Position numbers and translations under genes: made by a program
Notes under the pieces: model-generated
The model's input: the letters and a program-made list of their open reading frames with translations, nothing else
The model's database searches: none
Told to the model about the DNA's origin: nothing
DNA from: Gemmatimonadaceae bacterium
Lineage (GTDB): Bacteria; Gemmatimonadota; Gemmatimonadetes; Gemmatimonadales; Gemmatimonadaceae
Assembly: GCA_040902005.1 (NCBI GenBank)
Contig: JBBDYA010000088.1
Coordinates: 80,088 to 101,777, forward strand
Reading direction: 5' to 3'
Length of the DNA stretch: 21,690 bases
Shown: positions 9,117 through 16,697 of the stretch, piece after piece
How positions within the stretch are numbered: the stretch's first letter is position 1
How the letters are laid out: each line of letters opens with the position of its first letter

Positions 9117-10490
9117 ATGAGCGCCACGAAGGCGGCCAAGAGCGGCGGTAAAGCGGCGGAGCCCTCGTCGGGCACGCTCGACATCAAGGACAGCCGCACC
9201 GGCAAGTCCTACGCGGTCCCGATCATGGAGCCGGGCACGGAAGGCGACACCACCGTGCGCGCCATGGACCTGCGCCAGGTGAAGGTCGCGGAAGGCGAAT
9301 TCGGGCTCATGACGTACGATCCGGCGTTCATGAACACCGCCTCGTGCAAGAGCGCTATCACTTTCATCGATGGCGACAAGGGCATCCTGCGGTACCGCGG
9401 TTATCCCATCGAGCAGCTCGCGGAGAATGCCTCGTTTCTCGAAGTCGCATGGTTGCTGCGACACGGAGAGCTTCCAAATCAGAAAGAGTACGACAAGTGG
9501 GTGCGTGACATCACGTTCCACACCTACGTGCACGAGAACATCAAGGCGTTTCTCGGTGGCTTCCGGTACGACGCACATCCGATGTCGATGCTGTGCAGCG
9601 CCGTCGCCGCCCTGTCGTCCTTCTATCCGGAGGCGAAGAACATCCAGGACCCCGGGCAGCGCGACATCTCGATCGTGCGCCTGCTCGCGAAGCTTCCAAC
9701 GCTGGCGGCCTTCTGCTACCGGCACTCCAAGGGCCTTCCCTTCATCTATCCGGACAACGACCTCGGGTACGTCGAGAACTACCTCTCGATGGTCGCGCGC
9801 ATGTCGGAGCCCAAGTACGAGGGGAATCCCACGTTCGTGAAGGCGCTCGAGGTGCTGTTCATCCTCCATGCGGACCACGAGCAGAACTGCTCCACCAGCG
9901 CCGTGCGCGCCGTGGGCTCCAGCCATGTGGACCCATTCTCGGCGATCGCGGCGGGCATTGCCGCGCTGTACGGTCCGCTGCACGGCGGCGCCAACGAAGC
10001 CGTGCTCCGGATGATCCAGGAGATCGGTGAGCCCAAGAACGTGCAGTCGTTCATCGACGACGTGAAGGACGGGAAGGGAAGCCGCCTGATGGGCTTCGGT
10101 CACCGCGTGTACAAGAGCTACGACCCCCGTGCCAAGATCGTGAAGCAGCTCGCCTACGAGATCTTCGAGCAGGTGGGAATGGACAAGGATCTCGAGATCG
10201 CGCTCAAGCTGGAGGAAGCGGCGCTGAACGACGACTACTTCGTCTCGCGCAAGCTCTACCCGAACGTGGACTTCTACACGGGGCTGATCTACCGCTCGAT
10301 GGCTTTTCCCACCGACTATTTCACGGTGCTCTTCGCTGTGGCGCGCACCGCCGGCTGGCTGGCGCAGTGGGAGGAAATGCTGAGCGACAAGGAGCAGAAG
10401 ATCGCGCGGCCGAGGCAGATCTACGTGGGCCCGTCAGAGCGCGCCTATAAAGGTTCGCTTACCAACAAATTTCCCAAGGCACGCAAGTAG
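9117..10490 (+). CDS. gltA: Citrate synthase
   Basis: ATG at 9117 with GGAG upstream. Motifs YDPAFMNTASC, RYRGYPI, LHADHEQNCST, GPLHGGAN, MGFGHRVYKSYDPRA and YPNVDFY. Confidence 0.97.
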   Translation: MSATKAAKSGGKAAEPSSGTLDIKDSRTGKSYAVPIMEPGTEGDTTVRAMDLRQVKVAEGEFGLMTYDPAFMNTASCKSAITFIDGDKGILRYRGYPIEQLAENASFLEVAWLLRHGELPNQKEYDKWVRDITFHTYVHENIKAFLGGFRYDAHPMSMLCSAVAALSSFYPEAKNIQDPGQRDISIVRLLAKLPTLAAFCYRHSKGLPFIYPDNDLGYVENYLSMVARMSEPKYEGNPTFVKALEVLFILHADHEQNCSTSAVRAVGSSHVDPFSAIAAGIAALYGPLHGGANEAVLRMIQEIGEPKNVQSFIDDVKDGKGSRLMGFGHRVYKSYDPRAKIVKQLAYEIFEQVGMDKDLEIALKLEEAALNDDYFVSRKLYPNVDFYTGLIYRSMAFPTDYFTVLFAVARTAGWLAQWEEMLSDKEQKIARPRQIYVGPSERAYKGSLTNKFPKARK

Positions 10491-10493
10491 ACG

Positions 10494-10650
10494 GGGAATC
10501 GGGAACTGGGAAAAGGGAAAAGCGAACGACAACGGCGGGAATTCGGAGCAGGGAAGGGGAAAAGAGGCCGATCAGGGCTCCTTTCCCCCTCCCTTTCCCT
10601 TTTCCCCCTTCCCGCCGTTTCGGTTCGCCGTTCCCATTTCCCCTTTCCCG
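10494..10650. repeat. Palindromic element A: GGGAANN heptamer arms with AACGGCGGGAA core
   Basis: Left arm GGGAATC GGGAACT GGGAAAA GGGAAAA GCGAAC..CAACGGCGGGAA (core 10530-10541). The right arm is the mirror on the other strand, with TTCCCGCCGTT at 10609-10619. Confidence 0.85.
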
Positions 10651-11318
10651 CTTCTGCAGCTCAGAATCACCGGGCACCGCTCACACCTGGCGATCCGTGC
10701 CGTGCAGATCATCGCCCCAAGCTCCATGATCGCCTGATTGTGCGTCCAGGCCAGCTTGCCGGTGCGCGGCAGCACCTGCTCGGCCAGCGCCCACAAGCGC
10801 TGCTGTCCGCGGGCCGTTTTGAAGTTGGCGCGGGGGGCGAACACGCGCCGCAGCACCCGGGCCACGTTGGTGTCCACCAGCGCGGCGCGCCGCTCGAAGG
10901 CGAATGACGCCACCGCGCCCGCCGTGTAGGCCCCTACGCCGGGCAACCTCCTGAGCTCCGCCGGGTCGGATGGCAATGACGTCACGGCGCGGGAAAGGGC
11001 ATGCAGGTTGCGCGCACGGGCGTAGTACCCGAGGCCCTCCCAGCTCTCCCGCACCTGTCGCGGCCGCGCCCTTGCCAGGGCGTCGAGTGTAGGGAAGCGC
11101 TCGAGAAAGCGCGCGTAATAGTCCACCACGCGCGAGACCTGCGTCTGCTGGAGCATGGCCTCGGAGACGAGCACGCGGTACGGATCGCGCGTCTCGCGCC
11201 AGGGAAGCGACCGTCCATGTTTCCGGAACCATGCGCGAAGTGCGGAGCTGAAAGCGGAGGCGCGAACCGGATCCACCTGCTCACGCCGCGCACGCCGCGC
11301 ACCGCCTCCGCGACTCAC
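10572..11318 (-). CDS. mutY: A/G-specific adenine glycosylase, short form (catalytic HhH-GPD + FeS domain only)
   Basis: LPWR, LVSEAMLQQTQV, WEGLGYYARARNLH, HhH LPGVGAYTA, VDTNVARV and C-X6-C-X2-C-X5-C. The GTG at 11318 overlaps the upstream stop; an alternative GTG lies at 11276. Confidence 0.88.
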   Translation of the reverse strand: MSRGGGARRARREQVDPVRASAFSSALRAWFRKHGRSLPWRETRDPYRVLVSEAMLQQTQVSRVVDYYARFLERFPTLDALARARPRQVRESWEGLGYYARARNLHALSRAVTSLPSDPAELRRLPGVGAYTAGAVASFAFERRAALVDTNVARVLRRVFAPRANFKTARGQQRLWALAEQVLPRTGKLAWTHNQAIMELGAMICTARIARCERCPVILSCRSGKGEMGTANRNGGKGEKGKGGGKEP

Positions 11319-11944
11319 GGCCCGAAGACACTCACCGCGAACAATCCATCCTGTACGCCAACGCGATGCGCCAGCAGCACGCCGACCACCACGCTCGCGA
11401 CGCCCGCGGTGACGCGCACCAGTCGCTCCATCGTCATCGCGCGCGCTGAGCTGAGCCGCACCGGCAGGGTGAGCAGCACGGTCACGAGCATCATGCCACC
11501 GATCGTGCCGAGGCCGAAGCATATCAGGTAGACGGCGGCTGCCCAGGGGCCGGTGGTCGTTCCCAGCACCATCAGCGCCAGCACCGCGGATCCCGCCAGT
11601 CCGTGCACCACCCCCACCAGCAATGGCCTCACCCTCGATGGCGCTTCGTGGCGCCGGCCGGCGCGCAGCGAACGCACGCCAAGCGCGATGAGCATGAGCG
11701 CGACCAGGAATTCCAGCACGAGCCCGACGGTCGGCGGCATCGGAAGCCGCAGGAGCACCAGCGCCCCGCCCACGAGCAGCACGCTCAGCGAATGGCCAAG
11801 GCCCCACATCGCGCCTACCGCGGCGGCGCCGCCCGTGGACCGCTTCGACGACAAGAACGTTCCGATGGCGGCGATATGATCGGCGTCGGTGGCGTGCCGC
11901 ACGCCAAGCGCGAATCCGAAAGCGAGAGCCGGCAGGAGGGTCAT
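11315..11944 (-). CDS. High-affinity Ni/Co transporter (NiCoT/UreH-like)
   Basis: Signature GVRHATDADHIAAI, plus WGLGHS and GVVHGLAGSA; about 6 TM segments. Confidence 0.85.
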   Translation of the reverse strand: MTLLPALAFGFALGVRHATDADHIAAIGTFLSSKRSTGGAAAVGAMWGLGHSLSVLLVGGALVLLRLPMPPTVGLVLEFLVALMLIALGVRSLRAGRRHEAPSRVRPLLVGVVHGLAGSAVLALMVLGTTTGPWAAAVYLICFGLGTIGGMMLVTVLLTLPVRLSSARAMTMERLVRVTAGVASVVVGVLLAHRVGVQDGLFAVSVFGP

Positions 11945-11986
11945 AGGGGTTGGCGCAAAGATAGCCCGGCATCATCTTCAACGCTC

Positions 11987-13360
11987 ATGCCGCGATCGTT
12001 CACGCCGAGACGACTACTGTCCGTCGCGCTCTGGCTGATGCTCCTGCCCTCGGTGGCCAGCGCGCACACGGCGCTCAGCCGCAGTCACCCAGCGAAGGAT
12101 AGCCGACTCGCCACCGCGCCCGCGCGCGTGACGCTGTGGTTCACGGCGCGCCCGCAACTTGGCTTCTCCAGCATCCGGCTCCTGGGCCCGGACGGCGAGG
12201 TTCCCATGGAGCGCCCCACCGCGGACACGGTGAACGCGATTGCCGCGAACATCGGGCAGCGGCTGCCCCCTGGCGAATACAGGGTGCAGTGGCAGACCGC
12301 GAGCGCGGACGGTCATCCCATCCGTGGAGAATTCACCTTCACGGTACTGACCGCCGATGGCGCACAGGCACCCGTCCCCGCGACGCCGGTCGCCGCGGGG
12401 GGGGGGGACGAACACGCGGACCACGCGCCGAGTCCCGAAGCGCACCTGCGGCATTCCGAGTACCGCACCGTTCGGTGGGTCGAGTTCGTGGCCCTGCTCA
12501 CCATTCTCGGTGTGCTCGGCCTGCGCGCCGGCGTGCTTCCTACCTTGGCGGCGCGCGGCGTTTCCACGGCAGACGCGGGGGATCGGGCACGCCGGTTGGG
12601 GCAGAGCGCCGCCGGACTGTATCTGCTGGCGGCCGTTGTGCGGCTGTACACGGAATCGGTGGCCGTGCATGGCGCCGAGCGCGCGCTGGACCCGGATCAG
12701 CTCCTCCCGATGCTCACGGCCACCACGTGGGGATTTGGCTGGGGCGCCGGAGTCGCGGGGGCGGTGCTCGTCTTTCTGGGCTGGAAGCTGTCGAAGAGCC
12801 GCGACATCGGAACGCCCGTGGTGATCACGGGGGCGCTGGGTCTGGCGATGTCGCCCGCGCTCTCAGGGCATGCGGCGGGTTCCACGCCGGCGCTGCTCGG
12901 CATTGCGCTCGACGTCCTGCACGTGACCGCCGCGGGCCTGTGGATTGGTGGGTTGCTCCTGGTCGTCATCGCGGGGATTCCGGCCATGCGCCGCCTGCCC
13001 GAGGACACGCGTGATTCCGCGGTCGCGGGGCTGGTCAATGCGTTCCATCCGCTGGCACTGCTGTGCGCACCCCTGGTTGTGCTCACCGGCCTCGGGTCCA
13101 GCTGGCTGCGCCTGGGGAATCTGTCGAATCTCTGGGCGACAGCATACGGCGTCACGCTGCTCTGGAAGCTCGCGCTGTTCGTGATGGTGGTGGGGCTGGG
13201 GCTCTACAACTCGCTGCGGGCGCGGCGGCGCCTGGGCATGGCGACGGCCACCCGCCACGTGCGCCTGAGCGCGTCGGCCGAACTGTTCTTTGCGGCGCTC
13301 GTGCTGGCGGCGACGATGACGCTCATCGTCACGCCCGTGCCCAGCGACATGATCCCGTGA
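11987..13360 (+). CDS. CopC-CopD fusion copper uptake/resistance protein
   Basis: Signal peptide ending ASA followed by His (HTALSRSHP), CopC motif SADGHPIRG, a His-rich linker, then a CopD membrane domain (SGHAA, LHVTAAGLWIGGL, TAYGVTLLWKL). Confidence 0.88.
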   Translation: MPRSFTPRRLLSVALWLMLLPSVASAHTALSRSHPAKDSRLATAPARVTLWFTARPQLGFSSIRLLGPDGEVPMERPTADTVNAIAANIGQRLPPGEYRVQWQTASADGHPIRGEFTFTVLTADGAQAPVPATPVAAGGGDEHADHAPSPEAHLRHSEYRTVRWVEFVALLTILGVLGLRAGVLPTLAARGVSTADAGDRARRLGQSAAGLYLLAAVVRLYTESVAVHGAERALDPDQLLPMLTATTWGFGWGAGVAGAVLVFLGWKLSKSRDIGTPVVITGALGLAMSPALSGHAAGSTPALLGIALDVLHVTAAGLWIGGLLLVVIAGIPAMRRLPEDTRDSAVAGLVNAFHPLALLCAPLVVLTGLGSSWLRLGNLSNLWATAYGVTLLWKLALFVMVVGLGLYNSLRARRRLGMATATRHVRLSASAELFFAALVLAATMTLIVTPVPSDMIP

Positions 13361-14379
13361 CGGGCACGGCGATCAGGTCTGCGCCCATCGCGCTCGAACC
13401 AACGGCGGCCTGGCCGATTTCCTTTGACGATGTGCTGCGCGCCCGTGAGCGGCTGGCACCGTATCTCACGCCAACGCCCCTGCGGCACTACCCGCTGCTG
13501 GACGACCTGCTGGGCGGCGGCACGTCGCTGCTGGTGAAGCACGAGAACCATCAGCCGACGTGCTCGTTCAAGGTGCGCAACGGACTGTCGTTCGTGACGG
13601 GGCTGTCGGCGGACGATCGCGCCCGCGGAATTGTGGCCGCGTCCACCGGCAACCATGGGCAGGGTATCGCGTACGCATCGTCGCTGCTGGGTGTGTGCGC
13701 CACGATCTGTGTTCCCGTCGGGAACAATCCGGAGAAGGGCGCGTCGATGCGCGCGTGGGGCGCGAGGGTCGTGGAAACCGGCCGCGACTACGACGAGTCG
13801 GTGGAGGCGATGCTGCGCATGGCGGAGGAACGGGGGCTGGTTGTCGCGCATTCCACGAACGACGCGAACGTCCTGGCCGGTGCCGCGACGATGAGTCTCG
13901 AGATGTTCGAGCAGGCCGCCGGGCTGGACGCGATGGTCGTCGCCATCGGCGGCGGATCGCAGTCGGTGGGAGCGCTCACCGTCGCGCGCGAAATGGCGCC
14001 CGGCTTGCCGGTGTTCGGCGTGCAATGCGCCGGCGCGCCGGCCATTCACGACTCCTGGCATTCGCGCGTGCCGGTGAAGACAGAGCGCGCCGACACCTTC
14101 GCGGAAGGCGTCGCGACCCGCCAGCCCTATGCGCTCACCTTTGCGACGCTGCGCGCCGGGCTCGCCGATTTCGTGACGGTGACGGACGCCGAACTCGCCG
14201 AGGCGATTCGCGTCATCCTCCAGCGCACGCACAACCTGGTGGAAGGCGCCGGCGCGCTCGGCGTCGCCGGTGCGCTGAAGCTGCGGGATCAGCTGCGCGG
14301 CAAGCGCGTGGGGGTGATCTTCTCCGGCGCGAACATCGATACGGCGGTTCTTCGCCGGATTCTCAGCGGAGAGCTCTGA
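13357..14379 (+). CDS. PLP-dependent threonine/serine dehydratase family protein (catalytic domain only)
   Basis: KHENHQPTCSFKVRN (PLP Lys), ASTGNHGQG, IGGGS, VEGAGA and SGANID. The GTG start overlaps the copCD stop (GTGA). Confidence 0.9.
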   Translation: MTGTAIRSAPIALEPTAAWPISFDDVLRARERLAPYLTPTPLRHYPLLDDLLGGGTSLLVKHENHQPTCSFKVRNGLSFVTGLSADDRARGIVAASTGNHGQGIAYASSLLGVCATICVPVGNNPEKGASMRAWGARVVETGRDYDESVEAMLRMAEERGLVVAHSTNDANVLAGAATMSLEMFEQAAGLDAMVVAIGGGSQSVGALTVAREMAPGLPVFGVQCAGAPAIHDSWHSRVPVKTERADTFAEGVATRQPYALTFATLRAGLADFVTVTDAELAEAIRVILQRTHNLVEGAGALGVAGALKLRDQLRGKRVGVIFSGANIDTAVLRRILSGEL

Positions 14380-14424
14380 AATTATCCCCAGGCCACGCGC
14401 CGCGGGGCGGCGGCCCACCATGCT

Positions 14425-15009
14425 TCAGTTCACGCGGCGAACCATGATCTGGTAGCGGGGAAACGCCGGCGGTCCGGCGTCGTCTTCCTCCCACTCCGGG
14501 ACCGTCGCCTGGCTGAACCACTCGTTAATCAGGCGCTCATCATGGTCGATCGCTGCCTCGAGTTCGGGATCCAGCGGCGGCTCGAGGTCCGATTCCCAGG
14601 TGTCGTTCGGGTCCGCCTCGGAGGCCAGCGCAAGCAGGTACTCGGTGTCCTGCAGCCCAATCGATTCCGTCGGAATGACCGACCCGTCCGGCCCGCGAAG
14701 TTCGAGCTCCAGTGACTCCAGGTACACCTGGTTGGACGCGTAGTCCGCGAACTCGGTGGTCTGCTGTAGCGCGTCGTTGTGCTCCCGGCCGCCGGCCGCA
14801 TCGGAATCTGGGTGAGGCTCCGGCAGCACGGACTGTCGCAGCCGGCCGAGGGTGACCGCTGCCGGGCCCGCGCCCGCGAGCACGGACATCAGCTGCTCCC
14901 CGAGCGGAGTGGGGAGAAAATCGCCCATCATGCTGCCGGGCATTTCACAGGTGTAGTCGAGCTCGGACTCGCCAAGCAGGCGGTTGCGGCTCCAAAGGGT
15001 GTATGGCGT
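14425..15009 (-). CDS. Acidic hypothetical protein; start probably ACG at 15009
   Basis: The open frame is Asp/Glu-rich and fills the gap between convergent neighbours. GGGAG lies 5 nt before an in-frame ACG-CCA-TAC (T/M-P-Y-T-L-W). The start is uncertain; alternatives are at 15069 and 14943. Confidence 0.6.
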   Translation of the reverse strand, partial: TPYTLWSRNRLLGESELDYTCEMPGSMMGDFLPTPLGEQLMSVLAGAGPAAVTLGRLRQSVLPEPHPDSDAAGGREHNDALQQTTEFADYASNQVYLESLELELRGPDGSVIPTESIGLQDTEYLLALASEADPNDTWESDLEPPLDPELEAAIDHDERLINEWFSQATVPEWEEDDAGPPAFPRYQIMVRRVN

Positions 15010-15125
15010 AGGGGCTCCCAGTGTGGTTCGCCAGAGGATGCACCCGGGCCGCCGGGCGCGCGTCACCAATTCAACGCCACCAGGATCATTTCTGCATTGC
15101 GTGGATTCGTGTGGGTGGGTCGATG

Positions 15126-15214
15126 CGAACCACGGAGGGCACGGAGGACGCGGAGGACAGCAGCTGCGTCTTTACTTCGCGCTCCTCCGTGCCCTACGTG
15201 TCCTCCCTGGTTCG
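15126..15214. repeat. Palindromic element C built from 9-bp units (CACGGAGGR)
   Basis: CGAAC-CACGGAGGG-CACGGAGGA-CGCGGAGGA at 15126-15157, mirrored by TCCTCCGTG-CCCTACGTG-TCCTCCCTG-GTTCG at 15183-15214. Confidence 0.85.
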
Positions 15215-15229
15215 GACGTTGGGCCCGAG

Positions 15230-16507
15230 TTAGGAGACTTTGCGCGTCTTGCGCCGCAGGAAGTCCATGAGGATGAACTGTCCGAGCGACATGGTGGTGG
15301 TGAAGTACGCCTTTCCGCGGCAGATCTCCGACACCTTTTTCACGAACTCCACCAGTGCGCGGTCGCGCGCGAGCATGAAGGTGTTGATCATGATGCCGCT
15401 GCGACGGCAGTGCGCGACTTCACGCAGCGTCTGGGCGATGACCGTCGCGTCCAGCCCGAACGAATTCTTGTAGATCTGCCCGTTCGGCATGGTCAGCGCG
15501 CTGGGCTTGCCGTCCGTGATCATGATGATCTGCCGCATATCCTTTTTCTGCGCGAGCAGCAGACGTCGCGCGAGCTTCAGCCCTTCGGCCGTGTTCGTGT
15601 GGTACGGCCCCACCTGCGCGCCCGCGAGTGCGGGCAACGGGATCTCCTCGGCGGAATCGTGGAAGAGCACCACGCGCAGCGAGTCGCCGGGGAACTGCGT
15701 CCGGATCAGGTGCGTGAGCGCGAGCGCCACCTTTTTCGCCGGCGTGAAGCGGTCCTCGCCGTACAGGATCATCGAGTGCGAGCAGTCGAGCATCAGCACC
15801 GTGGCGCAGGACGACCGGTACTCCGCCTGGTGCACCATCAGGTCGCCGTACTCCAGTTCGATCGGCACCGTGACGGAGCCGCTGCGCGCGAGCGCGCGCT
15901 TCAGCGTTTCGTTGACGTCCAGGTTCAGCGTGTCGCCGAACTCGTACGGCTTGCTCCAGCCATCGGTCTCGATACCGGTGGCGAGGTAGGGGGTGTCGTG
16001 GCTGCCGAAGCTGGACTTGCCGAAAGAGCCCAGCAGGTTGCGCAGCGTCTTGTACCCCAGGAAGTCCACGCCCTTCTCGGTGAGGTTGAACTGGACGTCG
16101 CGCGCCGCCGCCCGCGCCACGCTCCCCGGCCCCTCCATCTGCCGGTGACCTGCGGGCATCTGGGGAGGCGCGGTGACATTCAGGTACCCCTCGTTCACCA
16201 GCCGCTGCACCAGGTCGTCGAGCAGCTTCGCCAGTTGCGCCTGTGACTCCGGCGTTCCGTCTCCCCGCAACGCCTCCAGCATCTCCGGCGTGAACTGGTT
16301 GGATGCCATGAGCGCGTCGATGATGGCCTGGCGCAGCGCGTCCATCGACCGGTCGTTCTCGTCACCGAAATCGAAGCCGTGCGACGGATCGCTCCCGCCG
16401 GCGAATCCCGACTGGAGCAGGAAGTCGGCGAGCTTGTCGAGCAGCGATTGCAGGTCAACCGCGTCGGCGTTTCCGGGGCTGAACTTCGAGTAGGTATGGG
16501 CGCGCAC
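15230..16507 (-). CDS. von Willebrand factor A domain protein (likely partner of ChlI/MoxR-like ATPase)
   Basis: MIDAS motif LMLDCSHS, plus TNTAEGL and [10 protein letters not shown]. Start set at GTG 16507 (RAHTYSKF), because the longer ORF-track N-terminus is translated repeat DNA. Confidence 0.9.
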   Translation of the reverse strand: MRAHTYSKFSPGNADAVDLQSLLDKLADFLLQSGFAGGSDPSHGFDFGDENDRSMDALRQAIIDALMASNQFTPEMLEALRGDGTPESQAQLAKLLDDLVQRLVNEGYLNVTAPPQMPAGHRQMEGPGSVARAAARDVQFNLTEKGVDFLGYKTLRNLLGSFGKSSFGSHDTPYLATGIETDGWSKPYEFGDTLNLDVNETLKRALARSGSVTVPIELEYGDLMVHQAEYRSSCATVLMLDCSHSMILYGEDRFTPAKKVALALTHLIRTQFPGDSLRVVLFHDSAEEIPLPALAGAQVGPYHTNTAEGLKLARRLLLAQKKDMRQIIMITDGKPSALTMPNGQIYKNSFGLDATVIAQTLREVAHCRRSGIMINTFMLARDRALVEFVKKVSEICRGKAYFTTTMSLGQFILMDFLRRKTRKVS

Positions 16508-16531
16508 ATTAGCAAACTGCGCAGACGGACT

Positions 16532-16685
16532 GGGAAGTGGGAAGGGGGAATTGGGAAAAGGGAAACAACAACGGCGGGAACAGGGAGGGGGAGGGGGAGG
16601 GGAGTCGCGCGTTCCCACTCCCACTCCCACTCCCCCTTCCCGCCGTTGCTCTTTCCCTCTTCCCCGTTCCCCCTTCCCACTTCCC
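16532..16685. repeat. Palindromic element B: GGGAANN heptamer arms with CAACGGCGGGAA core
   Basis: GGGAAGT GGGAAGG GGGAATT GGGAAAA GGGAAAC AA CAACGGCGGGAA (core 16569-16580). Mirror TTCCCGCCGTTG at 16637-16648 followed by five TTCCC heptamers. Confidence 0.9.
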
Positions 16686-16691
16686 TAAGTT
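16686..16691 (+). promoter_or_regulatory. Candidate -10 box (TAAGTT) of a leaderless MFS transcript
   Basis: TANNNT exactly 6 nt before the GTG start, with no SD. The same geometry occurs at 1219-1224 and 8228-8233. Confidence 0.55.
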
Positions 16692-16697
16692 TCGAGC

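Noticed and set aside
8196..10103. Long antisense ORFs (635 aa here; also 1206-2693, 13204-14421, 14984-16246, 16379-18013)
   Set aside because: These are shadow frames of well-supported genes in high-GC DNA, with no recognisable motifs.
11319..11981. 469-aa MutY with long N-terminus; likewise the 585-aa CopCD and 438-aa kinase-like extensions
   Set aside because: The extensions overlap real genes in other frames and are Arg/Ala-rich noise.
14380..14424. Terminator between the dehydratase and the hypothetical gene
   Set aside because: Only a weak GC hairpin with no U-tract on either strand.
10494..16685. Repeats as a CRISPR array
   Set aside because: There are no identical 23-47 bp direct repeats with unique spacers and no cas genes; the units are 7-9 bp and inverted.
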